This document shows positions 52,856 through 64,000 of a stretch of 64,000 nucleotides of DNA, piece by piece; within the stretch, counting starts at the first letter, position 1; each line of letters begins with the position of its first letter. Location: assembly GCF_009914755.1 (NCBI RefSeq), contig NC_060934.1, one strand, 5' to 3'. A program made the position numbers and the translations under genes. The stretch is from the human T2T-CHM13v2.0 reference genome, Homo sapiens. The notes beneath the pieces were generated by a model that worked only from the letters and a program-made list of their open reading frames with translations, did not search any database and had not been told where the DNA came from.

Positions 52856-55800
52856 TCAAAGGCCTTTTCTACATCTGTTGAGATAATCATGTGGTTTTTG
52901 TCTTTGGTTCTGTTTATGTGATGGATTATGTTTATTGATTTGCGTATGCTGAACTAGACTTGCATAACAGGGGTGAAGCCAACTTGATCATGGTAGATAA
53001 GTTTTTTGGTTTGCTGCTGGATTTGGTTTCCCAGTATTTTATTGAGGATTTTTGCATTGATGTTAATCAGGGATATTGGCCTGAAATTTTCTTTTTTGTT
53101 GTTGTGTCTCTGCCAGGTTTTGGTATCAGGATGATGCTGGCTTCATAAAATGAGGTAGAGAGGAGTCCCTCCTTTTCAATTGTTTGAAATAATTTCAGAA
53201 GGAATGGTACCAGCTCCTCTTCGTACTTCTGATCGAATTTGGCTATGAATCCGTGTGGTCCTGGGCTTTTTTTGGTTGGTAGGCTATTAATTACTGCCTT
53301 AATTTCAGAACTTGTTATTGGTCTATTCAGCGATTTGACTTCTTCCTGACTTAGTCTTGAGAGGGTGTATGTGTCCAGGGATTCATCCATTTCTTCTAGA
53401 TTTTCTAGTTTATTTGCATAGAGGAGTTTATAGTATTTTCTGATGGTAGTTTGTATTTCTGTAGGGTCAGTGGTGGTATCCCCTTTATCTTTTTTTAATT
53501 GTGTCTATTTGTTCTTTTCTCTTTTCTTCTTTATTAGTCTAGCTAGGGGTCTATCTATTTTATTAAAAATTTTTTTTTCTCAAAAATCCAGCTCCTGGAT
53601 TCATTCATTGATTTTGTGGAGGATTTTTCTTGTCTCTATCTCCTTCAATTCTGCTCTGATCTTAGTTATTTCTTGTCTTTGGCTAGCTTTTGGATTTGTT
53701 TGCTCTTTCTTCTCTAGCTCTTTTAATTATAATGTTAAGATGTCTATTTGAGATCTGTCTAGCTTTCTGATGTGGGAATTTAGTGCCATAAACTTCCCTC
53801 AATACTGCTTTAGCTGTGTCCCAGAGATTTTGGTACATTGCCTCTTTGTTTTCATTGGTTTCAAAGACTTGGTTTTTGCCTTAATTTCAATATTTACCCA
53901 GGAGTCATTCCAGAGCAGATTGTTCAATTTCCATGTAATTGTGTGGTTTTTAGTTGAGTTTCTTAATTCTGAGTTCTAATTTGTTTGCACTGTATTCTGA
54001 GAGACTGTTTGTGATGATTTCAGTTCTTTTGCATTTGCTGAAGAGTGTTTTACTTCGAATTATGTGGTCAATTTTAGAATAAGTGCCATGTGGCACTGAG
54101 AAGAATGTATATTCTGTTGATTTGGGGTGGATAGTTCTATAGATGTCTATTAGGTCCACTTGATACAGAGCTGAGTTCAAGTCCTGAATATCCTTGTTAA
54201 TTTTCTGTCCCATTGATCTGTCTAATATTGACAGTGGGGTGTTAAAGTCTCTCACTATTATTATGTGGGAGTCTAAGTCTCTTTGTAGGTCTCTAAGAAC
54301 TTATTTTATGAATCTGGGTGTTCCTGTATTGAGTGTGTATATACTTAGGATACTTAGCTTTTTTGTTGAATTGATCCCCTTACCATTATGTAATGCCCTT
54401 CTTTGTCTTTTTTGATCTTTGTTCGTTTAAAGTCTGTTTTGTCAAAGACTAGGATTGCAACCCTTGCTTTTTTTTTTTTTCTTTCCATTTGCTCGGTAAA
54501 TATTCTTCTATCCCTTTATTTTGAGCCTATGTGTGTCTTTGCACACGAGATGGGTCTCCTGAATACAGCACACCGATGGGTCTTGACTCTTTATTCAATC
54601 TGTCAGTCTGTGTCTTTTAATTATGGCATTTAGCTCATTTACATTTAAGATTAGTATTGTTATGCATAAATTTGATCCTATCTTCCTGATGCTATCTAGT
54701 TATTTTGCACACTAGTTGTTGCATAGTGTCATTGGTCTTTATATTTTGTTGTGTTTTTGCAGTGACTGGTACTGGTTTTTCCTTTCCATATTTAGTGCTT
54801 CCCTCAGGAGCTCTTGCAAAGCAGGCTTGTTGGTGACAAAATCCCTCAGGATTTGCTTGTCTGGAAAGGATTTTATTTTGCCTTCACTTATGAAGCTTAG
54901 TTTGGCTGGATATGAAATTCTGGGTTGAAAATTCTTTTCTTTTAGAATGTTGAATATTGGCCCCCACTCTCTTCTGGCTCGTAGGGTTTCTGCTGAGAGG
55001 TCTGCTGTTAGTCTGAGGGGCTTCCCTTTGTAGGTGACCTGGCCTTTCTCTCTAGCTGCTGTTAACATCTTTTCCTTCATTTCGACCTTGGAGAATCTGC
55101 TGATTATGGGTCTTGGGGCTGAAATTCTCATGGAGTATCTTAGTGGTGTTCTCTATATTTCCTGAATCTGAATGTTGGCCTGTCTTGGTAGGTTGGGGAA
55201 GTTCTCCTGGATAATATCCTGAAGTGTGCTTTCCAGCTTGTTTCCTTTCTCCGTGTCTCCTTTAGGTACTCCAATCAGTCATAGGTTCAGTCTTTTTATG
55301 TAGCCCCATATTTCTTGGAGGCTTTGTTTGTTCCTTTTCATTCTTTTTTCTCTAATCTTGTCTGCATGCCTTATTTCAGCAAGATGGTCTTCAAACTCTG
55401 ATACCCTTTCTTCCACTTGGTAGACTTGGCTATTGATACTTTTGTATGCTTCATGAAGTTCATGTGCTGTGTTTCTCTGCTCCACTCATGTCATTTATGT
55501 TCCTTTCTAAACTGGTTATTCTAGTTAGCAGCTCCTCTAACCTTTTATCAAAGTTCTTAGCTTCTTTGCATTGGGTTAGAACATGCTGTTTTAGCTCAGC
55601 AGAGTTTTTTATTACCCATCTTCTGAAGCCTACTTCTGTCAATTCGTCCATCTCATCCTTTGTTCAGTTCTGCATGCTTTCTGGAGAGGCACTGCAATCA
55701 TTTGGAGGAGAAGAGGCACTCTGGCCTTTTGGGTTTTCAGCATTTTTTTCACTGATTCTTTCTCAGCTTTGTGAGTTTTTCTAGTTTCGATCTTTGAGCC

Positions 55801-56309
55801 TGCTGACCCTTGGGTGGGGCTTTTGTGGGGACTTTTTGTTGTTACTGATGATTTTTTGCTGTTTTTTAGTTTTTCTTTCAATGGTCAGGTCCCTCTTCTG
55901 TAGGGCTGCTGCGGTTTGCTGGGGGTTCACTTCAGGCCCTATTCCTCTTATTCACTCCCGCACCTGGAGATGTCACTGAAGGAGCCTGGAGAACAGCAAA
56001 GATGGGTGCCTGCTCCTTCTTCTGGGATCTCCGACCTTGAGGGGCACCAACCTGATAGGCTGTCTGACAACTCCTTCTATTTGCGTCAGTTTCCTTGCTT
56101 ACAAAATGGAAACAAGATCACCTTTGAGGGCTGCCTATGTTGCTGAATAATCAGTAATTTGACTCTGGATTCCTAGGAATGTCATTTCTATCTTCTTTCT
56201 TTCTTCAAGTTAAAGTCACACTGCACAGGGAGTGGAGCCAAAGCTCCTGGTAGCACAAGTGCAGAGCTCCTCACAGCAGACCCCTGCTATCCTGGTTACA
56301 GACTCCAGA

Positions 56310-57900
56310 CTTTCAATTTACTTTGTTGAGGAAAGTAGTGATTCCATGTGAGTAATCATTATCTATGGCAGCAAAGGCCTTCTGAAATGTATTTTTTAAA
56401 TAATTGGATTTGAAAGTTAAAATTACTTCTTGATACATGGGCTGCAGAATAGATATTATGGTAGCAGGCATGAAAAACAAATTAATCTCATTGAACATCT
56501 CCACCAGAGCTTTTGGGGGACCAGGTGCATTGTCAAGAGCAGTAATATTTTGAAAGAAATTTTTTTCTCTGAGCAGTAGGTCTCAACAGTGGGCTTAAAA
56601 TATTCAGTAAATCATGCTGTAAATAGATATGCTGGCATCCAAGCTTTATTGTTACTTTTATAGAGCACAAGCAGAGCAGATTTAGAGTAATTGTTAAGGG
56701 CCCTGGGATATTCAAAATGGTCAGTGAGGATTGGCTTCAACTTAAAGTCACCAGCTGCATTACCCCCTAACAAAGCCTATCCTCTGAAGCTTTGAAGCCA
56801 CATATTGACTTCTTTTCTTTAGCTCTGAAAGTCCTAGATGGCACTTTCTTCCAATAGAAGGCTATTTTGTCTACATTGAAAATCTTGTGTAGTGTAGCCA
56901 CCTTCGTAAATTATCTTAAGTAGATCTTCTGAATAATTTGCTGCAGCTTTTACAGCAGGACTTGCTGCTTCACCTTGCACTTTTATATTGATACATAATG
57001 GATGTACATATTTTGGGGGTACATGTGATAATTTGATATATTAATATAATATGTAAAGATCAAGTCAGGGTAATTGTGATATCCCTCACCTTAAATATTT
57101 ATCTTTTATTGACATTAGAAACATTCAAATTATTCTTTTCTATTTTGAAATGTACATTAGATTATTGTTAACTATAGTGTATTTGATAGATCTACTGATC
57201 TATCAAACACTAGATCTTGTTTCTTTTATCTAACTCTATACTTGTACCCATTAATCGACCTCTCTTCATCACCTTCTCTACCCTACCCTTCCTGGACTCT
57301 GATTACCATCAGTCTACTCTCTGTGTTCATAAAATGTACTTTTTTAGCTCCGATGTATGTGCGAGAACATGCTATATTTGTCTTTCTGAACCTTGCACTT
57401 TTGTGTTATGGAGGTTATTTTAACCTCATGAACAAATTTGTTCTAGCTTCAGCCTTTTCTTCTGCAGCTTTCTCACCTCTCTTAGACTTCATAGAATGGA
57501 GAAGAATTAGAACCTTTCTCTGGATTAGAATTTGGCTTAAGGGAATATTGTGGCTGGTTTGATGTTTTACCCAGACCACTAAAACTTTCTCCATATAGCC
57601 ATAAATCTGTTTCACTTTCTTATCATTCATGTGTTCACTAGAGTAACACTTTTAATTTCCTTCAACACCTTTTCCTTTGCATTCACACCTTGGCTAACTG
57701 TTTGTCACAAGAAGCCTAGCTTTTGGCCTATCTCAGCTTTTGACATGCTTTCTTCACTAAGCTTATCATTTCTAGCTTTTTATTTAAAATTAGACTTTTC
57801 CTTTCACTTGAACAGCTTAGAGGCTATTGTAGGGTTGTTAATTGGCCTGCTTTAAATATTGTTGCCTCCCAGGAGAGGGAGCAAAATGGGGGAACAGCTG
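56310..57900 (-). mobile_element. Tigger1 (pogo-like) transposase remnant
   Basis: FMPATIISILQPMYQEVILTFKSNYLKNTFQKAFAAID (DDE region); MEKVLVVWVKHQTSHNIPLSQILIQRK (CENP-B-type HTH). Confidence 0.9.
56985..57389 (-). mobile_element. L1MA 3' fragment inserted in Tigger1
   Basis: TSD ACCTTGCACTTTT (56972-56984 / 57390-57402); GTACATATTTTGGGGGTACATGTGATA. Confidence 0.85.
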
Positions 57901-59414
57901 GTTTCATAGCCTATGGTTTTCCAACCTCTTATCCAGACCCAGATTGCTGGTTAAAGTGAAAACAATAGTTCTGATTAAATTTTGAGATCTATAAATCTTC
58001 TCTAAGGAGTCCCCAAATCCTTCCTTCATAAGGTTCTCTAGGTATTACTTCTGAATTTATGTACATGTATTCATAAGAAAGAGAAAGGAGAAGGAAAAGG
58101 AAGAGAAGACAGGGGTTATGGAAGACAGGAAAGGGAAAAAGCAGCAGAATTGAGGACTGCTGAGAAAATAATCTGAGCACAGCCTTTGCACATCTTAGGA
58201 AACTGTTTGTATTTTATTTCTATCTTTTGCATAAATGTCCTTAAGATAATTCAGAATGTTCTTTCAGGTGTTACTAATGTTAGCTCACACTACACACAGA
58301 GAACAAAAGGTATTAAAATGTCTACCTATTTAAAAAGTCCAAATAATAAGTCTTTTATTTTCCTCTATGTACCCACTTTTATTTACCCAGCAAGTAAAAT
58401 GTAGTTAATTTCAAAGATAAAATTTCCTACATAAGATTATCTTATCTTCATCCTCCAGTCAATAGCCCTCAGAAGTGCATGCTGGTTGTTTACCTTAAAC
58501 TCGAGGAAAAGTCTAAGGCTATGTTAACTGTACCAAGTTGACATTATCCATATGTACACTCGGGGAACTGAATGTTTTCAAACTATTGCTCATTGTTCTC
58601 CTTTCAGCAATTTTTGAACATCAAGCAAAAGCTTATGATACTTTATGTTTGGTGATCTTATAGCCATCCTGAGTTATGCATTATAATGGAAAGTTCACAG
58701 GACTATATTCTAGTTGGAATCCTGCTATTAACCAGCTATATGTGCCTTTTGGACAAATCACCTCACCTCTCTGTCTTCACTTCACCCTTTGAAACAAGAG
58801 GTTTGGGCTAGATGAGTCTAAAGGTACTTTAATTTCTGTCCTAAAATATTTATGATAGGTCAATACCATTAAAATTAAATCTGATTTTTCAAGGTGTAAT
58901 TGATAAACTGAAAAACATACAGGGAGACCCAAGCCCTATTTTTATGGGTGCTAGAAAGCTTCATTTCAAGGATATGTGTGGGTACTCCTTGCACGTAGCA
59001 AAACAACAGCAGGAGAATTGAGATATAACTAAATAAATTATTATCTTCTCTATGAAGCAGCTGTGCTTTCTGCTTCTTGATCTCAGAGGTGGAATCATTA
59101 TCTAGTAAGCATTAGGAGTCCTTTTTTTTTCTTTTTTTTTTTTTCCTTTTTAACCTTTTTGGTGGCCCTCTGGTGAATATGAGGGAATTGTGAATAGAGA
59201 AACAGGGAGGAGAAATAGTTATTTTTCAACTTAATCTTTCAGTAAATGTTTATACCCTTATGATCTACCCCACTCCTCAGAATATTACTTGTATATATGG
59301 TGTTTCCTATTTCCTATGCTCTTCAAATGCGAGAGATAATCTAGTCGGATCCTGGTACCCAAGAGCAAGCAATAAACTTGAGACAAGAGTTGAAATTTCC
59401 TTTCATTTATAGAA

Positions 59415-59692
59415 CTCACGCCTGTAATCCCAACACTTTGGGAGGCTGAGGTGGGCAGATCACTTGAAGTCAGGAGCTTGATAACAGCCTGGCCAACATC
59501 ATGAAACCCCATCTCTACTAAAAGCACAAAAATTAGCCAGGCATGGTGGCACGTGCCCGTAATCCCAGCTAATCAGGAGGCTGAGGCAGAAGAATCGTTT
59601 GAATCGAGAGGTAGAGGTTACAGTGAGCCAAGATCACACCACTGCACTCCAGCCTGGGCAACAGAGCAAGACTTCGTCTAAAAAAAAATAAA
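59415..59692 (+). mobile_element. Alu (slightly 5'-truncated)
   Basis: CTCACGCCTGTAATCCC...CACTGCACTCCAGCCTGGGCAACAGAGC + A tail. Confidence 0.93.
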
Positions 59693-60419
59693 GCACTTGT
59701 TCTGGGGTCACTACATAGTCTGGAATGTGAGGGAGTGAAAGCAGACTTCATCTTCATGGACGCTTCAAGTGATCCATACTTTCTACTCACAGAGCCAGGA
59801 AGCAATAAACAGATTAACCTTGATGTCTGAGCTAAAGACAAGATGGAGTTGACCAAGGTGATCAAAGCTCGGATTTTCTGTAGCTGGGTGCAAAGGTATT
59901 TCTAGGGCCCTGAGGCTAAGTGGCCTATGGTTAATCATAGAATCACTTATTAGAATCAACTCCAACTCTCAATTAAGAGACAAGAACATTTACATCCCAA
60001 GAGACTGAGACAAGTGCCCCAGCAGTTGATTAGAGTTTGATTCTTGGCTCAGTATTTTTTGTCTTGAGTTCCATCTTACTATCATTCTCTGACCAAAACC
60101 TTGGTGAGTTACTAATTTCATAATGATGAGTTATATTCCACCCCATGTTTCATGATGTATATTAAAATCAAATATCAGTGGATGAGTTTTAAAATGTATT
60201 TGGTCATCAATATAAGATACAAGTAGTAAATGATCTTGACAAACAGTTCTATATGACTTTCCCAAATCATTCTCCTAAAGAACCTGAAGAGTAGCAGATG
60301 GGGTTTGTGTGCCTGTTTATTGTTTGATGTTCACATTATGTTATCCTCTTTCGTCTTTTAAAAGTCAAATGACTGATGGATTAATAGTAGGTTCTCTTCT
60401 CACGTAAACTTTATAAGAT

Positions 60420-61300
60420 ATTGCAACTATTCTTATGCCTTCAGGTGCTATTTTTATATTAATGACCTCAAATTTTATTTCTTCTGCTCAAACCTCATCC
60501 TTTAGTGCCAGGTCTATAGCTCAAATTGCCTTCTCAATGACTCAAATTGAATGATTCACATGTGTTTCAAACTAAACACACCCCATCTAAACCTATCATC
60601 TTACCTTTCGGTCATGACCCCTTCGGGGCTCCAATCTCTGTAAATGGCACATTATCACCAATCTGCCCAAGACAGAAACTGATCGTTATCCTTGTCACGT
60701 CCACCTTGTTAATCCTTTATAGCCAATTAATCATTAGGTCCTGTTGATTCTTCCTGCTAAATGTGTTTTAAATCTGCCATCTTTCTTTAATATCACCATC
60801 CTTTTCCAGGTCACTATCATATTTCACTAGGAATTGTGGAAGGGCCTTGTAACTTTCCCAGAGGCAGTCTTGCCTCTCTGGGCAATTCTCCACACTACCA
60901 TTAGAATGAGGTTTGTAGAAAGCAAATATAATTTTGTCAATTCCTTCCCTGCTTAATACAACTCAGTGGCTTCCTTTCTTCTTAGAACAAAATTCCAAAT
61001 TCTAAACACAACCCATAAGGTCCTATGTGATACAGTCTCTGTCATTCTAAGTAGTCTCGCCTTTGGCACTACCTTGAAAATCAGATCTTCATTCACATTA
61101 TCCTTCTTCCAGTTTTTGAAATTATCATTTTCATGCTACTATAAGGGCTTCATAGGTGCCATTTCCTCTACCTGAATGATTTGCCTCCATCAAACTAACT
61201 TTGTTAAAATCTTGCTTTCAAGATTTGTCAAATATTTCTTACTCATTCTGCTCATCCAGTGTGAATGTCATCTGCTCAAAGTCAGCATTTCCTCAATTGC
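60420..61300. mobile_element. L2 relic
   Basis: ATCTCTGTAAATGGCAC, CAGTGGCTTCC...CTTAGAACAAAATTCCAAATTCT. Confidence 0.6.
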
Positions 61301-61770
61301 CAGACTAGTTTATGAATCAGCATTACACTATTTCATAATACTACACACTTCTCTTTAGTGGCAGATAACACTGTGCAAAGAAAGCCATGCTTAAATAAAT
61401 ACAGATTTTTGAAGTTATGGCTAAAGTCAGAATTTTTATTTTGCTTCATATTTTTTGTCAAACTTTTGTCTTGTTGACTAAAATACCATGAATATAGAAA
61501 TTCAGAGAGGGACTGCAAGGAGGAAAATTAAAGCCAATTGCTTCTGAGAAGGAAGAAAAATAAGAAGAAAGGACTATGTGGCTACTATTAGAGGTAGTAG
61601 AAAGTTTATAGAAAAAGCGATATACCTAAAAGAGGAGTTTTAAAACTTTGGGATTGCTATGCAATGTAAACACTCTTCTCAGTCTCCTTACAAATTTTAG
61701 TTCATTTTCTGCCTTCATATTACTGCTTTCAGAGTTGGAAGGTTGTTTGTTTCATAAGAAGATTGCAGAA

Positions 61771-61893
61771 GGCAGGTGCAGTGGCTCATGCCTGTAATCC
61801 CGGCGCATTTGGAGGCTGAGGCAGGAGGATACCTTGAGTCCAGGAGTTTGAGACCACCCTGGGCAAGACAGTGAGACCCTGGTCTCTATTAAA
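61771..61893 (+). mobile_element. FLAM / AluJ monomer
   Basis: GGCAGGTGCAGTGGCTCATGCCTGTAATCCC...GAGACCCTGGTCTCTA. Confidence 0.85.
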
Positions 61894-62369
61894 TACCTAA
61901 TAAGGCATGCTTCCTATATCAAGTTATATAGCGTTATTGAAAAATAGACATGTGAACCAAACATGTCAAAACAATATGATAGAAGTTATTCAAAAATTAG
62001 GGCCAAAGAAAAATGATGGCACAAAGGAGGAATGACATTTGTTTGGGGAGAACGTAGTAGAATCCATAGCAGAAATATTTGAAATTGACTAGAGGTTGCC
62101 CACATGGAAAACGGCATTGAAATCATTTTAGGACAAGGATGCAGAAGTGCCAAACTGAAGAGGTGAACAAGAACATAGTGCTTTTTAGAATCTATTAGTA
62201 GTTCAATGTAGAGTCATAATTCTCAAACTAGAGATCTCCCAGGGACACACCTAGATGTCAGAGACAGGAGTAAGAAATGTGAAACTGAAGGAATAGAGGG
62301 AATGAAGGAGGAAAGTAATACCAGGGTGGGTAATAGAGTGGTGGTGAAGAGGTGATCATTTCAAACTTA

Positions 62370-63290
62370 ATGTGTCCAAATCTCACCTCTGGATTTCCCT
62401 TTAATAACTTTTCAGTTTCCTAGTCTTTACCAGCTCATTAAATGGCAAAATAATAACTTCATTGGGCCAGGTGAGAAATCTGCTCATGTCTAAAAACTCC
62501 AAGTCTAGCTCATTCTAGCTCTTAAATTTATCTCAAATCTGTCTGCACCCAGGCCATCACTCTAGTCCAAGCGACTGTTAGTTCTCTGCTGTTGACCTGA
62601 GTCTCTGCCTTTGACCTGTGTTTATGTGAACCCCTCTAACACATCTTTCTCATAGTTGCCAGGGCAATCTCCTAACAGGCTAAATTGTTTATCATCATTC
62701 CACTTATCTCACACAACTCTCGTCCTCATTCTCAATTCTTCAGTAATTTGGCCTACTTTCAGCTCCTCAAACAAGCATCTTCCAAGCTGAGAGTTTTAAG
62801 ATCTGTTCCCTGAAATAATTTCCCCACACTCCCCACCCAGCTAGCACCTTCTCATCCTTCAGTTCTCACATTTAAATACTACTTTCTCAAATCATTCTCT
62901 GACTATGAAAGCAGTTTCACCTTTTCCTACCTTCTACACTTTAGTCTTTTTGTTCCTGTATTCACCACATTGCCCTTATGTAAGTATCTGTGTGCCAACT
63001 TGTTTAATGTCTGTCATAAGCCACTACACTGTAAACTCTGTAAGGACAGGAAACAGATCTACTTTGGCATGATTTACCTAATATAATGTCTAGAAAACAG
63101 TAGATTCCTGATGAATCAATCAATCAGTGATAAAACTGGTGTCACTTGGAGTGCTTATTTACATAAATCCCAGGCCCTAGCCCAGGAAATTTTGATTCAG
63201 CAGGCCTGGAGCTGACTGCAGGTATCTACAATTTTAATTAGCACTTTAGGTGATTCAGAGACATGTGACCCACAGAACACTCTAAGAGAA
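62370..63290. mobile_element. L2 3' end followed by a MER5-like MITE
   Basis: CTGTAAACTCTGTAAGGACAGG...TGAATCAATCAATCA; then CACTTTAGGTGATTCAGA...AACACTCTAAGAGAAAC. Confidence 0.6.
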
Positions 63291-64000
63291 ACATTGAGTT
63301 TGGAGTTTGATGCCATAATGAAGGCAAAATAATGAGGTTTTGAACTAAGGTGGAGGAACTGAATGGAAAGAAGCAGCCAGTGACACAATAGCACCTTTAA
63401 TTCACTAAGAGTTAGGAATGTTACTACCTACATATTGTGATGTCATGGATCTCAGAAATACGCTTCAAATTTATTTCCTGTATCTTTTTTCCTGAATTCT
63501 TCATTTTTGCTGTCACCTCTTTGGAGGTTTTCTTTTTCTTTTTTTTTTTTTTTTAATCTGCAGCAGTAAGGCAAAAACCAGTGTACATATCAGATAAAAT
63601 GCGTTCATGTGATTAAACCAAAATAGCCATTAATACCCAATAGGCTGCAAACCAAAAGCAGAAATTGCCAAAGGCCCAAAGTATATGAAAACACAGAGAA
63701 TGTAAAGGGAGATAGCATTTGTTCTATGGGAGAGTGAGAGAGATGCTACAGAAAGGGAGAGGATGGGGCAGATTCTCCAAAGGTCACTGTGAACACTGGA
63801 ATTAGGGGATAAGAAAAGGTGAACAAGAGAAAGAAACTCAGAAGATCAACTCTGCTTCTTTTATGGTGTCATAAGAACTGCAGCAGAAGGGAAGACATGC
63901 AAGAAAAGAAGATTTGGGGGATCAGACTCAGAGATTCAGTCGAGGAATAGACGCTTTCCCTCTTCTCTTTGTGACATTTGTGTAATATTTTGATGTAGAA

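Noticed and set aside
57900-64000. Search for LIPF or other lipase exons at the right end
   Set aside because: No lipase motifs found; the region is repeats and unique non-coding DNA.

Overview
Primate (human-like) genomic DNA; from the translated exons I recognise the 10q23 RNLS–LIPJ region at the start of the acid-lipase cluster. The window holds RNLS coding exons 1–2 on the minus strand under a CpG island (276–1264). Head-to-head with it lies the complete 9-coding-exon LIPJ ORF on the plus strand (8762–24976; 366 aa; GHSQG nucleophile elbow; triad S141/D312/H341). The remaining ~39 kb is intergenic and repeat-rich: an RPL7 processed pseudogene, Alus, LTRs, a Tigger1 remnant, L2/L1M relics and a full-length L1PA4–6-type element nested in an older L1PA. 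A Y4-RNA retrocopy sits upstream of LIPJ. I found no new multi-gene system. The most notable observations are: (1) a fossil signal-peptide frame in LIPJ (ATG>ACG, in-frame TAA, two uORFs) while the catalytic core stays open; (2) a candidate orphan TATA promoter; (3) templated insertions at the same nucleotide in two different L1 copies; (4) a tiny polyadenylated LTR12-type retrocopy; (5) an unidentified CpG-rich 0.9-kb insert. Repeat subfamily names and reference alleles come from my memory of consensus sequences and were not searched.
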